Below, in pieces: positions 13,493 through 27,931 of a DNA stretch of 47,934 nt. The notes beneath the pieces are model-generated. The model did no database searches, had not been told where the DNA came from, and saw nothing but the letters and a program-made list of their open reading frames with translations. The first letter of the stretch is position 1. Each line of letters opens with the position of its first letter. A program made the position numbers and the translations under genes. Origin of the DNA: Catajapyx aquilonaris (Eukaryota); the NCBI GenBank assembly GCA_000934665.2, contig JYFJ02002988.1, positions 1 to 47,934 on the forward strand. The letters are read 5' to 3'.

Positions 13493-13695
13493 GAAAGTGA
13501 GGAATTCAGGAGGACTATTGTTAATGAGGACCAACCATTTAATATTAAGTAAAGTTCACTTGACTTCGAGCTCTTATCTGATATTTTTCTTTAGGAGTAT
13601 GATAAACAAGATGAAGGGGTCTTGTGAGAAGCTGTATCATACCCACGCCATCTATTTAAGTCCGGCTTACGACGTGACGTCGTGTATGTGCTGTA

Positions 13696-13972
13696 CAGTG
13701 TTGGACATTAATCGCGTCACACTGCTTGCGACATTTCTGATGGGGCAGAAGTGCAAATCGAAGTGATAGTGTGAGCCGTGCGAGTAAGAAGAAGTAGGCC
13801 TTGAGTGACGTCATCGGCTAGGGGCAATGGAGAAAAGGCTTGTCCCCCGCCGGTGACGTCACCCAATGGCTACCATTTCTTACACGCACTCTCGCACTCT
13901 ATCACTTCGAATTGCACGTCTGCCGCATCGGAAAATGACGCTATATTATGACGGAATTAATGTCCAGCACTG
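13696..13972. mobile_element. Foldback MITE, Tc1/mariner-type termini
   Basis: TA|CAGTGTTGGACATTAAT ... ATTAATGTCCAGCACTG|CA (right TA mutated). Inverted symmetry runs through most of the element (TCGAAGTGATAG/CTATCACTTCGA, GTGACGTCA pairs). Confidence 0.8.
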
Positions 13973-14212
13973 CACAGGGTCGGAACTTAACACAATGAAC
14001 TTTTCATTATAAGAAATACAGTAAGAGAGTGTTTTTGACGGTTTTTGGCGTCATTTATCCGTGAAAGCGAGACTATTTATAGCTCGGGTTACGGACTGTA
14101 ACGATGTCAGGCGAATGTTAATGATAGAAATAATTGTTACTGTAACTTTATTCACACTCTATGAAACATTCATCTAAGATTACAATGTTTCAATTCCAAT
14201 ATCAGTGTTATA

Positions 14213-14312
14213 CAGTAAGGGCTCGATAAAATGCTCTCGCACATAACGCTTTCCCGCTTATAACGGCACTTTTGGGCGGTGCCTTGAAGAGCCTTATATC
14301 GAGGTTTTACTG
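14213..14312. mobile_element. 100-bp pogo/Tigger-like MITE
   Basis: TA|CAGTAAGGGCTCGATA ... TATCGAGGTTTTACTG|TA, with internal ATAACG motifs typical of Tigger-type ends. Confidence 0.75.
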
Positions 14313-17232
14313 TATACTTCGTAATGAAAATACTTCCCCTATTCATTCTCTCTTCTTTATCCCTTATACATTTAATTAATATAGAAGGCTTTTCCTGTAA
14401 TAATAATTCCTTATTCTTTATCCTATTTGTTATTAAATTAACGTTATAATTTATATTCCTGTACTTTATCCTTATATCAATGGACTGTTACGAAGTGGTC
14501 GGGAGGAATTTTTAAAAACCACTCAATAGTTTCCTGTTGTCTTTAGTACGGTACTGTAAATACTTAACACAGATTAAACATTAGGATAAGCAGTGCCTCC
14601 TCAATAATTTTAAGCACATTGCACAATGACCACCTCGGTATATTTCAATACAATTCTGAGGAATAATTAGCGTTTATTTTAGCCACGTGCTGTCTGGCAT
14701 CCCGCAAGAATTTTCCATATCAGTTTTATCGAGAATTTTTGTTCATAAACTGCAATTCTGAGAAATCATATCGCCACAACAATGGAATAAGAAAAGAATG
14801 CATTTTTGTAACAGCTATCACCACAGACATTCAATATGCAGTCTACATTTCACCAACTGAATACCGGTACACATTTCTGCATTCATTTCTCCGCAGTCAG
14901 TCTGCCGCATTTCAAGAACGTGATCCATCCCATCCTTTGATTTTTGCCTTAGGAACCGATTGTAATTCAGTGCAGCTATGCTCCCAATTACAATATCCTC
15001 CTGACTAGATTCCAGGAAACAATTGAATTGCTCCGGCAAGTGGAGCGGAACTGCTTCTCTTGCCAGGGGACCATTTGTTCGAATTGAAATACGAGGCGGA
15101 ATTTTGGCGCCTCCCTACATGAAGCAGGAATCCCTTATTTTGTCTATATCTACCCTGCCCCTCCTCCTCCTCTCCCAATCCAAGTCTCTCGTTAAGTCTG
15201 CCAACTTTGCCGCGGTTTTCTGCCAGAGCGGGCCACAATTTAAGGGTCTTTTTTGAAGCTGCTGGTAATTCGAAGCTGTGCGAAACGTAGCTCCGGAGTT
15301 TCCTTTTCTGGGTGCTGTTGGAGCAAGCAAAGGAAAAGAAGTGCTGTGCCTGTTCATTCCCTTAGGTTATGCGTCACTCAGCCCTCCGTGATTTACGGAG
15401 GATTTTGGCGAAGTAGGGGGTGAATGGGAGGTGCAAGTGCAATGTCCTCTGTCATTTTGTGAGTTCCCCTGGATGGATTAGTCTAGCGGGGATTCCACCC
15501 GAGACGGAGCCAGAGACGTCCCAACTCTGCACGAGATGGAGGGAAAGCCACAAGTGCAGAACTGTACGATATCAGCCATTATTATGCTATCACTGTGTGG
15601 GTTTCAGATGAAATTGCATACAAATCAACCTACACGTCCTTGCCAAAATTAGGCTTAATTGAGTTGGTCAGCACTGAACTGAATTCTGAAGACAGCTTGA
15701 AGGTGTTTTCCGACGTGTTTTATTGTGCTTATTATTGGAATCGTGGATATGCAGGGTATGTAACCTACTTAGTGTGGTAGATTTATGCGTGTAGGTGCTG
15801 GGTGACATTGACCCACCGGGCAGTCCGTGCAAAAATGTTGGATGTTACAAGGATGGGTCCAAATCATTTTGGTTGGCTCGATTCACTCCATTACATTGCG
15901 GGCCACTATCTTCCTTTCTACAGGATATCGTGTTTTGTCAAGAATAATTATGCCAACTCCAGGTCATAGGTTAAGATCATCATAAATATTCCAAAAGGTG
16001 TTTTTTTCAAAAAGGTACTGGCCGCTCGCGAGTAATGTCATACTAAAAACAAGTGTCAACCATTACACACGGCAGTATAATTTTAGCCAGCCAGCTGTTG
16101 TTCGCAAACATGTTGCTTCTTTTATCGCTCTGGAGGAAGGAAGAAAAGGGCACGCGAACGAGCCCTCTAAACACTACTATTTTGGCGAATATACGACTCC
16201 TGCAATGCACGGGGTCTGCTCTTTGCCAATAATTTTCCTTCAACCCTGAAGTTGGCAACGAACTCGGTCAACTTTCCTCCAATGGAAGAGAGAAAAGGCG
16301 GACCATAAACACTTCATTTGCAAACTTGTTTGGATCCTGAGAAGGTCCTTTTGGTGCTCGTTTTCGCAAGAACATGTTCAATTCGCCAATCAAGAGGAAA
16401 GAGCGGCAGTCCTTTTGGGGGATAACAAGAAGGGATAATGTAGTCAACGTGCTGCAGATTATGGGTTACTGTCCGCAGAATTGGACAATTTTTTGGGGGG
16501 GTCCTTGACTCAAGGAAGTTGAGTCGTGATAAAAGAACGTATGTGGTACAGTATGTTTCTAACCTGTCTCATCGTATTACAGTCCAACACGATCGATTTT
16601 GAAATGTCCAAGCCCGTTTGTAATTTATTGTCAAAGAGGATTTCGCATGTGCTATATCACAAGGGTCAATTCCAATACTTTCTTGAGGCGAGTGGACTAA
16701 CTGCCAATTCCAATTAGTATCTGGTCACAAAGCAAACTCACAGCAGGGTTGGGCCAGGGTGTGAAAAATGGAAGTTCCAATGGCCGTCCTCCAGAACAAG
16801 TTAATTTGCAGGGGAGTGGAATTTGGTGGAGAAGTCTGTTTGCTCCTCTTTGCACTAAAGGCTGAATGTGTCGCCAGGTTAGGCTTCCCTCGGACTTATT
16901 GGAATCCGAAGAAGGATGGGTGCTTGTGAACGAAAGGGCCGTTGACTTTGCGGGTGTCGGACTACTGCGATGTTGGAAAAAGGGACGCGCCTTTGCACTG
17001 GATGGACGTTTTCGAATATTTTCGTTGTGGGAATGGAAGTGTCAGCCTTTCTTTCCATCACTTTTGCTAGAGCTGTTATATAGGAATGTTCAAAACGCAG
17101 ACAGCTAGTCACTCGGAGAACACATGCACCATATAGTATTGCAGGTCTTGCGGGAATTATGGATTCAGTAGAACGTCGTATACGAGTAGTATGATAGCCT
17201 ATAGGGTATGGATGTGTCTCATGCCATTATAC

Positions 17233-17234
<2 letters not shown>

Positions 17235-17292
<58 letters not shown>
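17235..17292. repeat. (AAT)n microsatellite
   Basis: About 19 perfect units; source of the poly-Asn ORF. Confidence 0.95.
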
Positions 17293-17294
<2 letters not shown>

Positions 17295-20200
17295 AGTTTC
17301 TGTTATTGCCGATGATGATATCCGGAAACTTGTAACATACGGAGATGATCGTATAGAGTGCCTTCAGTCCTACCCCCAAGTAACCATATACTATGCGATA
17401 TTAAGTTTCATGGTGACTTGTGGCGCAGAGATACTAGTAGTAAGTTATTCCATAATATAGTTAATGTAGTAACTTTTTGGAACCTGTTGTTTTCGTGGGC
17501 TTCTCCTGCCGCCAGCGTTGCTCAGTATTAATGCCGGAGCTGAATGCAAACGCGATTAATTGGTGAAGCCCGCCACATGCTGTTGTTATAGTGCTGTCAA
17601 TATAATTCCAAGGCCTCATTGTTGAGGCATCTTTATTCAGTAAATATTATCCCAAAAATGTTTTCCGTCCTAATTAGGAAACAGCGAGAATCACTACATC
17701 GGTCCGGCCAGGGGCTTCTCGCTGTTTCCCAATAGCGGCCAGAATGAAGGATCCGGCTAAAATGTAAATGCAGACCTCGGGGGAAGAACGATCAAGGTCC
17801 ATTTGTTGTCAAAAATGACATAATTATGTTAGAAGATAGTATCACTATATCATATGGGTCAGTAATTGGGACCATTAGACCCTCCTGCATTATAGTTTAA
17901 AGGATGAACCCATTCGACATAATATCAGCTAATATTTCTATAAAAGTGGCTGTTCCTAAGTAACTGCTTATAGTAATAAGCAGCTTAGTTCCACAACGGA
18001 TAATTCAGTTAGAACATGTCACTGTGTCGTTTGTCATGCCACCCACATTTTGTGGTCCCGTGACTGTCCGCAAAATTAAATAAATTCACTCCGATTATTA
18101 CTGTGAATGCATTAACAATAGCCTACATAATCAGAGAATTTCTCCTAATTTTAATTAATACTACCTGCACCCTACATGATTATATCCATAGGTAACCATT
18201 ATGACAACCTCCTCTAGAAATATTATTTTTGTGTTTCCAATAGTGGTGTTCCCTTGTGTTCATTCACTCGTAACGTGCTGCCAAGTTACGCTCCGACAGT
18301 CCCGAATAACCCAGGAAACGTGGAATAATTTCACCTTCGCAATATAAACTTTACGTCCCTCTTCGAACACACAAACTAACATTCCTTCTCCAGCCCATAC
18401 GGCCATGTTCCGCCTCCTCAGCTCATACAGGTTTGACTGCATACAAAGAAACTTGGCTCGTAAAATACACCCTCCCTTTTGCCACCAGTTTACGTCAGAT
18501 TACAAGTTTATTCCATAAAGCTCGGGCGTTGGAGGGCACTCTCCTGGGATATCATACCCATCCCAAACACGTACCGGTATTCTAATACCCGTGGTCTCCG
18601 CATGTGTTCCAAATGGACCGCTTTTAGTATGCCAGGCGTATACAGTACACCTGCAGGTCCTGTGTGACCCTCAAACTTTTCTTCAGACAGATGTATAATC
18701 TTATTGAGTTTAGAGAAACCAAATTAAACCTCTGCCTCGTAATTATATTTACTTACCTCGGAGTGGCAAAGAGGTTGAGGGGGTGGGGGGTGATTATTCA
18801 GACGTCAGCTCGGAAACGGTTCACTTCATTTAGACCGGGGTCTCAGAACTCCAAAGTAATGAAATGAGCATCCGGAGTACCTTGCCTGGAAATTCATTAC
18901 ACTAGCCCTTTCTGCCCTTCTACCTTACACTATATATGCCCTCACACCGGCTAGCAATAACCGTTACCATCTTGAGCCGCTGTGCAATGTCATCCGAAAA
19001 GGAGAGTTTTCATCTCCATTTGGAGGCAAATCTGCTTTCTTCAGCAGCTCTTTTAGTGCCGCTTCTACCACTTTTAGACTCCCGCTGCTATTCGAACCAA
19101 GATGCTCTCTTCCACGTGATTGGATGACTTTTTTTTTTTTATCGAGCCTTCTCTGCTCTCATCGGTGAAATTCGCTCTAAAAAACGCTCCCGTTCTTTTA
19201 GTGGGACGCTCTTATTTCACTTTCTGCGGCTAAGGCGGTGCGATACTTAAGGGCGAATTACGTTCATAATTACCAATAGAATAGGGTGTCATTTGTGCCA
19301 ATATTACTCTGGCTGGGCGGATACAAGGCTGTGATTTTTTTATAGGCCGCTCCATTAAGGAAATGTTCCATTATCGGAAAACGGAACGGAAATGGCAGTG
19401 GCCTTCTTAAAAATTGCCGTACCGTGATATACGCTATTGGCAACTTTCACGGGCTGATGGGCCCATTTTTAATATTAATATTGTGGTGTCATGTAGTGTA
19501 CACTAACTCAAATGGGGTGGTTTGTGTAAGTGATTTTATTATACTTGCATTTGAATGTCATTGATATTATACAGCAGTATATAGGGTCATGAACGTTTCA
19601 GAACGGAAATAGTAGCCAATTACAGGCTACTACTGAGCAGCCCTATATAATTATTTACATGTTAGTTACGCAAGGCTCTGTTTACATGGCGAAGGGACCA
19701 GTAGGGTGTCATTATTTTCTGCCGGTATGTAATCAGACGAGTTCCGTGGAAATTACGCGAGGAGGCGCCACATCCGCTAGTCTTGTGTAACGTTATCCGC
19801 ATTTTTTAATGTTCAAAAGGAGGGGGTGTTGGAACTAGAGTACTGTGGTGACCCATGAATATTCCCTGGGCACATTAAAAGTTTGAAGAGTTGATTGGTT
19901 TTGTTGTGAATGACATCCACGTGTCAGAATTTGAAACAAAATAAAAACTCGAGTCCCCTGAGAATAACTTCGGTTTGAGTGCCATCGATCTTGTAGATGG
20001 AAAATAGTATGTCTATGGGTTGGCACACATAATGTCGAGCGTCGTCTTGTGCCGTCGAAACTTAGGTACTGCAGCCTAGAGGTCTGGATAACAGAACTAC
20101 AGTGCACGTCATGAAGGGGCCCATTGAGCTTATTGAAGCGCCTATGAAGCCTTCCAATTATAGACTTCCACAGACACTGTATCGTAAATTGAGGAGTAGG

Positions 20201-21504
20201 CTACTGGATTTCAGGCACGCAGCTTCATAAAAGCTGCACCTCGAGTTCTTCTTAGACATAATTTTGCCCGTATAAGGTATAACTGCACATAATATACACT
20301 ACAATATTAGGCAGTGTTCCGTAATTGGAGTTTATCAGAATTTCCTGCGACTATAAGATGACATCGACAATCATACAGTATACTACAGTATTTTTTAAAG
20401 AATTACAATGTAAGCATGTGTATGGACTGTAGATTACTGAAAGATTGTGCATAATGCGATGTACACGACAATAAATTACGAACAAAAAATAATATTGCGC
20501 TTCATCACATTGCAAAAGTTTGAGTACCAAAAAATGCGTCACTATTTCGGAGCTCAACTCTGCGAGACGAGTTGAGAATAATTATCTCAGTCGAGTCGTC
20601 TATATGTATGTAGGTAGGATTGACTCGGTTCATGTCGGTCGGGAGCAGTAACCTTATAAGTTTGTACCGAGTGAGGCAAGCTGAGACCCGCACAATTACG
20701 GGACGTACAGTGTGCGAGAACGAAAAGAGAGATTGACACTAGCAGGAAAGTCGAGCAAGAAATGTAACTCTCAGCGTAGTAGGCAATGCCCTCCAGAAAA
20801 CGGATGTGCCGCAGTCAATATTTTGAACCACAGTGCGGTCTGATATGTTGGTAGCTACGTAGCTCACCCAATCTCCTCTTGAGTGAGGTGGGTCGCTTGG
20901 CTTGAAACTACTTCAGAGGCAACCAACAAACACTCGTCTCGGAAGCACCGACAACAAGTGAGTGTGAGGAGGATCGAAACAGCTGTATAGGTCAGACCAC
21001 TATGCCAAGAGCTAAGCCAGCGTATAGCCTCCACTTCAGCCGCGTTATTAACGAGACGTTTTCTGCTATTTTATGGCAACACGCTATATTTCAGGCTGAT
21101 GTGGAAAGTCTGTATGCGGTACAGGGTGTTTCAGGAGGGCTGCAACTGCGATAGTAAAGTGTGTTTTTCCAACCTACGTATAACTTATGCGCATCCAATT
21201 TCTGTCGTGTTGTTTTCCATATTCGAAGTGGGTCTATATTTACACTAATGACTTGCAAAGTGATTTTGAACTTTTATTGCTTGTTGGTTTAAGCAGGCCA
21301 CGGCGATTACTGCTGTGCAAGCAAACGAAGATGTTGATTCAGCGTCTGGAAAAACAATGCGCAATAGATCTATAGAAAAAATAATGAGGTGCGTAGTTGG
21401 AGAGCCACAAGTCGTAGTGTAATAAAGTTTGTAAGAAATGTGTATGAATTGTTATGTACAGTTTGTTATTTCATTAACGTATTCAACGTGATTTCTTTTC
21501 GTAC

Positions 21505-21654
21505 GTACTATCGGATTCAAATACTTTTGGCCACTTTATCCTGGTCCTGGTCTTGAAGCAACCCTTCGCACTGACCCCACGTTAAGGAGGTGTGTGTGAA
21601 GGGTTGCTTCAAGACCAGGATAAAGTGTCCAAAAGTATTTGAAGCCTATAGTAC
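21505..21654. mobile_element. 150-bp palindromic MITE-like element
   Basis: About 57-bp arms GTACTATCGGATTCAAATACTTTTGGCCACTTTATCCTGGTC...TTGAAGCAACCCTTC / GAAGGGTTGCTTCAAGACCAGGATAAAGTGTCCAAAAGTATTTGAAGCCTATAGTAC. Confidence 0.75.
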
Positions 21655-24600
21655 ATCCCTACATTTATAGCCACGCTTATGTATACTGAAAGTCAGAATT
21701 AGTTAACAAGTTCGAATGAACTCATACTTTTACGCCGGAGGTAACCCCATTAATTAACTTGTTTACTTCTAACATTTTTAAGATACGTTACCATGTTAGT
21801 TACCTCATTGCAAAGTTATCTCCGATGTTTATAGGCTAGGGGCCTTAGTCGTAATCTCATTCTAATTATAGTAGGCCCTATAACTGGGTTATACTGGATG
21901 TTCATCAGGGCTTCTGTGAAATCCTTAATTAGATGTCCCATGACGACATTGTATTACTGAGTGGTATACACACTGCCCTAGTCTCCAGTTAAAGAGGAGG
22001 GCAGCTCTCCCCAGTCGTGCATCGTTATCACCAGTGTAAAGATAAGAAACACTCTGGGGCTACATCTGAGTGTGGTGATTGTTACTTTTCTTTAGACTGA
22101 TCAGTTGTTGGTGTAACACCCCACCTATTGTTAGACTCTGGACTAGGGTAAAGTCATCTCTGCCTAAGCCTTTCAGTGCGTCGGAGAGATGCAATTATGT
22201 ATTCAATCCATCAAATTTAAGACTGTATTCAATTTCCATTCAGTGCAAAATCGTCTTAAGATTTTTGAGCGATATAGTACACAGAAGCACTTAAATTGTC
22301 CGACGGATGAAATCCTCCCCGATGAAAACGACGTGCGAAAAGGAACAAATTAAGTCAACATTAGTGGAAGAGGAATTTGCGTAGCAAGTTTTAATTAACT
22401 TTCTAGTAGGTGTTTTCTTTGCAGCAAGGGATTTAATTAGGTTGTGTGCAAAATAGAGATTCGGATTTAATTGGATACATTTGCGCATGGTTACAACTAT
22501 ATCTGCTATTACTCATCACACCTCTGACGCTACTATTTATTGATCGAAACTGATCGAAACTGATCAGCCCTCACAGCTATAAAAATGTAAGATCGATGCG
22601 CATTAGGATTGCCGTCTTTTATTGATGTGCAGGAATATTCAGAATGTACTAAACTTGTATTTTGGATGAATATCCAGTTCGGGTCCATTAAATTAAATAA
22701 AATAAATAATATTTACAATTTATATTATGACATACAGTAATTAGAGATTTCTGCTTAATTTGAGTTCAGACAACCGGCCATATCAAGCACACTTTCTCTA
22801 TTCATTTGGGTCCTATAGACATAAGAGTACAGTCACCTTTACCAAGTGAGGCTCTGGGCCATACAACCCATTATAGCAGCTAGTGCATCGGCCTCCGGTA
22901 CGGTTATTCGCGGTTAGGTACAAAATGAAAAGACACTGGAGATGAAACCCGCCTAGAACACAGCTGAACGCTTGTAATTGCACCCGAAGTATTCGCTTTC
23001 TAATAAGCGCGTCCCTTCAAAACGGCCGAGATTTAACCGACTTCCCATTAGAGCACCGGAATCGAAAAAGGAAATGAGCGAGCAAAAGCTTGCGTTTCGG
23101 GTTGTACAGTATATGCACAGATACAGGTGGAAAAGGCTTGATCTTTCAGCCCTGTCAGAAAACCCTTTGATCGCAACGCTCACGTTAATACATTTTCATC
23201 ACCCTAATTACTTCGGATGGTGTAGAGTTCAAAATTAATCCCCTTTTGCTGCCTTCAAGAACATGCTTCCGGATGTTCTTCTTCCATTTCAATCATTCAG
23301 GCTATTCAAACACGTCGTCACTCAAGGATCTCAAAAGCCTTCTTATACTGTTGTGAGTCGAAGTTATTAAGTGACTATGGGGCGATTTATCGTCCGCCCA
23401 TTAGCCTGCTTAGAGTCATGTAAACTGTTAGTTGTTAGTGTGCTTTTCCCGCAAGCGACATTGTTTGCAAAACCCAAAGGCTATAACATCAGTACTTCTG
23501 CAGGTATACACAACATGCAGAACTCTCTCAGAAACGTGAAAATAATTTCTTCACGACAAAAACATTAGACTGGGTTCGCCATCAGAATACCATCGCTCGT
23601 GTTGAGGGAAACTTTGCTATATGGCCATGAAGATTAATGGCCTACATAATCATGTAACCTTAAAGGAAATTTTGGTAATTAAAATGGAATAACGTGTAAT
23701 CGTATATGAAGATCTGAATTGCATAACTATCAGAGTCAAAATTGATTGAGGCATCGCTTACTAGATTTCTCGAACGGCGGTCTGTAATGAAATCAGCTTT
23801 CTGACAGATAAATTACAGAGGAATATTTGAAGAAATTTAATCCATCAGGAAATACTGCAACCGTCAATATATCAAGTCTCGAAATCACTCAAATCGACCT
23901 GCATCATGTTTTCCTGCCGTTTATAAACCAAGAGCCAAGTTGAGTTTTACCCTATTACCAATATGAGACCTTGGGTTCTCCGAATGCATACAGCCCGTGC
24001 TGGTATGCTTGAATTCCAGTCATGTATCCAAGAACAAAGTTTCTGTTTTGGGGTAATAATGCAGGGCTTTTGTTGTGTCGGCGTCATAATTATATAATTA
24101 GAGGACTTTATGACAATGTCTAACAAGATGATGCCTTGGGCTTGGCTGCAGATTTAATATGTTACCGACGTCATGTTGAATTAGTGCTGGGTTATACCTG
24201 GTCAGGTGAGGAGTGGAGAGAGAGGGGGAAGGCTTTATTTTTTTTTAAATATGTGAAACTTTGCACATGGAGCTTATCGCTATGAAGAATGGGTAAAAGG
24301 GCCTTAACGTAAGAGTATGACAATGCAATAGGATAATTGCCATGTTATAGTCAGTAAACTCGCACGGGAGAATTAACTTAACTTATATAGAATTAGGGCC
24401 GTAAATCACTAAATTTGAAATGTACAGTACGTACGTAGGCGAAGTGACTTTAAATTTGTAAAATAAGGGGAGAAAGAGATTATCTCTAGAGCTTACATGA
24501 ATTTAAGCAATGTATTAAATCGTCATTCAAAACCGACAGTATTTTACTCATTTCTCTTGTAAATTTAAGTTAGCATTTTAAAAGAGAATTCCATAAAATA

Positions 24601-25237
24601 CAAATATGTTGGCACAACACTCTTAACTTTTCCAACGAAATATGAACGCTAAAAGTGAAGCTTTTAAATGCGGAGAATTGAAGGAACGAACTACAAAACT
24701 GCGCAATTCCTAAATGGCAGCAGACCATGGTTTGAAACGGATGTAATGAAATATCCATAATATAAGAGCACGCCTCGGCGCAACCCAAGGCGCAACCAGT
24801 TCTAAAAAATAATATCCTCCAGTTTGCCCCAAGCACCACGTCAATAAATGTACCAGACATGAGTTGTGGAAGCTAATAGTATCGTGAAGAAAAAATATAT
24901 GCCTCCCACTCTGGCACCAAGCCACGTAGAAACCTCTTCTCTTTATCTTTAAAACTCTGCTTTGAACTCAAGCCTTGAAAAAGTCTGGTCTACATAATAT
25001 TCTATGCGGAAGTGTTTATGAAGCTCGTAACTTTTGGATGGAAAGCCACCGTTTCTCGATAAAATTTCACTTCATATTCTCCGTGGTCTAAAGTGATTGT
25101 GGCGAGCAAACTTCGGGACGACGGACGCGACGCTAAGCTTTTTTTTTCCTTGATAGTTACTGCATCTGGCAGATGACATCTATTAAAAACTGTCGTTAAA
25201 TTTTCAGATTTTACCGCGGTCAAAGTTAGGATTAGTA

Positions 25238-25498
25238 GAGGAAAGTCGCCATATGCGGACCCGTCAGTGATGAGTGGTGGGTTGATTTCTATTTTAGCGA
25301 TTTGTGAAATTGTTGCAACCTGTCATCTCGTTGGGCATAGCTTGACTTTGGAATTGGTCAGAGTAGGTTTCTCACCACTGACTACTCAGTAGATGATCTT
25401 TTGCTTGACATCGAGCAATATTAAGACAGTGTAACTTTAACATTTAGGAAGTTATACATGAAAAACCAATTGGGGGTCCTAATTTGACCACTTTCCTC
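25238..25498. mobile_element. MITE with TA target duplication (Tc1/mariner superfamily-like)
   Basis: TA|GAGGAAAGTCGCCATATGCGGACCC ... GGGTCCTAATTTGACCACTTTCCTC|TA. Confidence 0.7.
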
Positions 25499-27659
25499 TA
25501 CATTGCAAACTGCTACTTGAGACTGCCCATGTGTACCTTTTCGCAACCATCGAACATGTGAATTAACCGATGTCATGAGGTCAACCTGCTTCTTGGTTGC
25601 TTAGCCATAAACCTACTTGTGTAAACTGAGAAATATACCATGCTAAACTGCATGTTCTTTTTTTCCTCCACCTCATTATGAGCACTCCCGTAATATAACC
25701 CGTATTTCAAGGTAAGCAAGATGGGTTTATAAAAATAATGCGATCGTCCCCGGGCAAGGGTTTACTCATAAACGTGTTGTGTGAGGATAAGTACTCATTT
25801 ACATAATGGAGATTGTTGAGAGCATGTCATTTGAATCTTTTTTAATTGGCGCTGAATTTTAATGAGGTAGTGATGATGACTGATTTTTAATGAAAGTTCG
25901 CTTACATTCATTACAGAGCAGGAGTTTCTAGGCTTTCAGGTCGCGTATACCACCAATATTACGTCGCCAGCTGATTAGGTAATATAGGGCGCTACAGTCC
26001 AATCATTTTGCCGCCACTCGTTGCAAAAAAAACGGTGATTTTAAAGCCAATTGTAGGCTACTGAGACCTGTGGATAAATATGAGCAAATTGGAAGAATTT
26101 ATTTCAACGTGAATATCCTAAGTTAATTGCAAAGTTATAAAGTGTTACACTATTGCAGATATTGTGGCATTTTTAGATAGTAGGCTAATCCATAGACTTG
26201 TTTCGGTCCAGTGAGTACCTTGGAGCGTCGGGATGGAGTTCTGACTCACCCGGTATTACGTGGGATTTCTTATTCTCCTTCCTTTTCTGAGTTGCATTAG
26301 CGAGAGAATCCATTCTTTTCTCCCGAGACTGTCACTTTTCTCCTGTTCGCCAGTGCAATTTCTTGGAGACTTGCCCGACGCAATTCAGCCAAAATGAGGA
26401 AAGTGCATGAAACAAAAGGGAGTCCTTTTAAGAAACTTGGCTGTTTTTGGCGCGACGCTCAAGTACTAATGCAAAGTGCACCAAATTAGTCCCATGTTAA
26501 CGTCTCTTATCAGCCATTGTACTTATATGGCCTGGCCAAGTGTAGTTGCAATGGCCTCCACGTTCGCCTCTTCACAATAAGCCTCGCACTAACTTGCTAA
26601 TAAAATTACCGGTGTAAATTAGCTACATAACCATTGCTTGTGCAGAACTTGCGACGTTTTCATTAACCAGGTTTGGTTGAAATATTTTTTAAAGACGTTC
26701 CCACAAAATTCGATATGATGGCTCAAATACTTAGCTACCACACAAACATCTTGTCGATCTAAGTATTTTTCGCTGCCAAAGCTATTTCTTCGCCTTTGGT
26801 CACTACACAGAGACTCGAAGCTGCCAAAGGCTTTCTGGAGCGGGCGGTGAACGATAAGATTTGGACCGTATAGCCTGGGTGCTCAAAGGTGCACCACTTG
26901 AACTATTCCAGACTTTGAGTATCGTAATGTCCGCGTGTGAACTGTCATTTGCAATCAGAAATTGTCGTGCCTCATTCACCAACATTTCAAGTGAAGCATT
27001 ATCCAAACAGCCATCAAGGGACCAGTGAATGAAGTTGCGCTATCTCCATGAAGTTTTAGGCAGGTGAAGGGGCCTATAGGGAATGGTCCCAGAAACGAAG
27101 GAATATGCTTGGCGGCCCGGCGAAAGTGCTCGACATAGTCTTAGAAAATCTGATATCAAAGTAGGAAAAATTCTTCGATCGCTGTGCTAACATATAGCAT
27201 ACGGTAACTAGGCCTATGTTTAAGTTTCTGGGAAATCCTTTCAAGAAAATGAAAGCATATTTTTGGAATTACGTGTACTTGGCTTTTAGCAAAATAGTCG
27301 TAAGTTTACGAATGTTATAGTAAATTAAAAGTGATAAAAGCATTTTTAACGATGCATATTATACTGTTGTTCATTTTCCATACACTCGTTATACACTGCT
27401 TTGTGTTTTTATTATATACAACCATTATACTGGGAAACTCGTAGCATGAAAGACTAATGTTAGCCGTGAAAAGTCTTTAATATTATTATGAACAGCATGA
27501 CTTCGACGAAGCTGTCTTGTCAAAGGATATTCAGTAAATCCGGATTTTATATGGTACAACAGGGTTCATTTTTGAAAATAGAAACATGTGCAGCAAGGGC
27601 AGAAGGGCCTATCAAGACAGGACATATTAAGACATTTTCGCCCTTTATGATGTCCTGTA

Positions 27660-27931
27660 CAGGCGTGTAGGCAAAAAATATTCGGAGGGGGGCCCATTAC
27701 ATAAGCACAAGGTGAACAAGCCGTAGAGGGCGGGGAACGAGCCCGCCGCAGGCGAAATTTTTTTGAGGGGGTGGAAGGTCACACGAGCTTATGTGAAAGT
27801 GGGAGATTTGAATGGGTGTGTATCTGATAAAATTGGTAGCACTTTTTCCAAAAAAATCATTAATTAGTAATTTCTAATAATATTTCAAACTGTCCTGTAT
27901 ATCGTCGCGGTCCGCCAGTTGAATAGCCTAG
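27660..27931 (-). mobile_element. Partial inverted copy of the hAT MITE at 32290-32676
   Basis: Reverse complement aligns with about 32290-32586 (GGTCACACGAGCTTA, GAATGGGTGTGTA, ATAAAATTGGTAGCACTTTTTCC, CCAGTTGAATA). Confidence 0.8.

Noticed and set aside
15609..15703. Possible cryptic exon (TTTCAG|ATGAAATTGC...TTGAAG|GTGTTT) in intron 2
   Set aside because: Weak donor, exit phase incompatible with exon 3, no LRR character.
17191..17460. Poly-Asn ORF (and the poly-Ile ORF at 47711-47923)
   Set aside because: Translations of (AAT)n/(ATT)n microsatellites.
20960..21000. Minimal hammerhead-like string GTGAGGAGGATCGAAACAGCTGTA
   Set aside because: The core C of CUGA is missing and stem I cannot pair.
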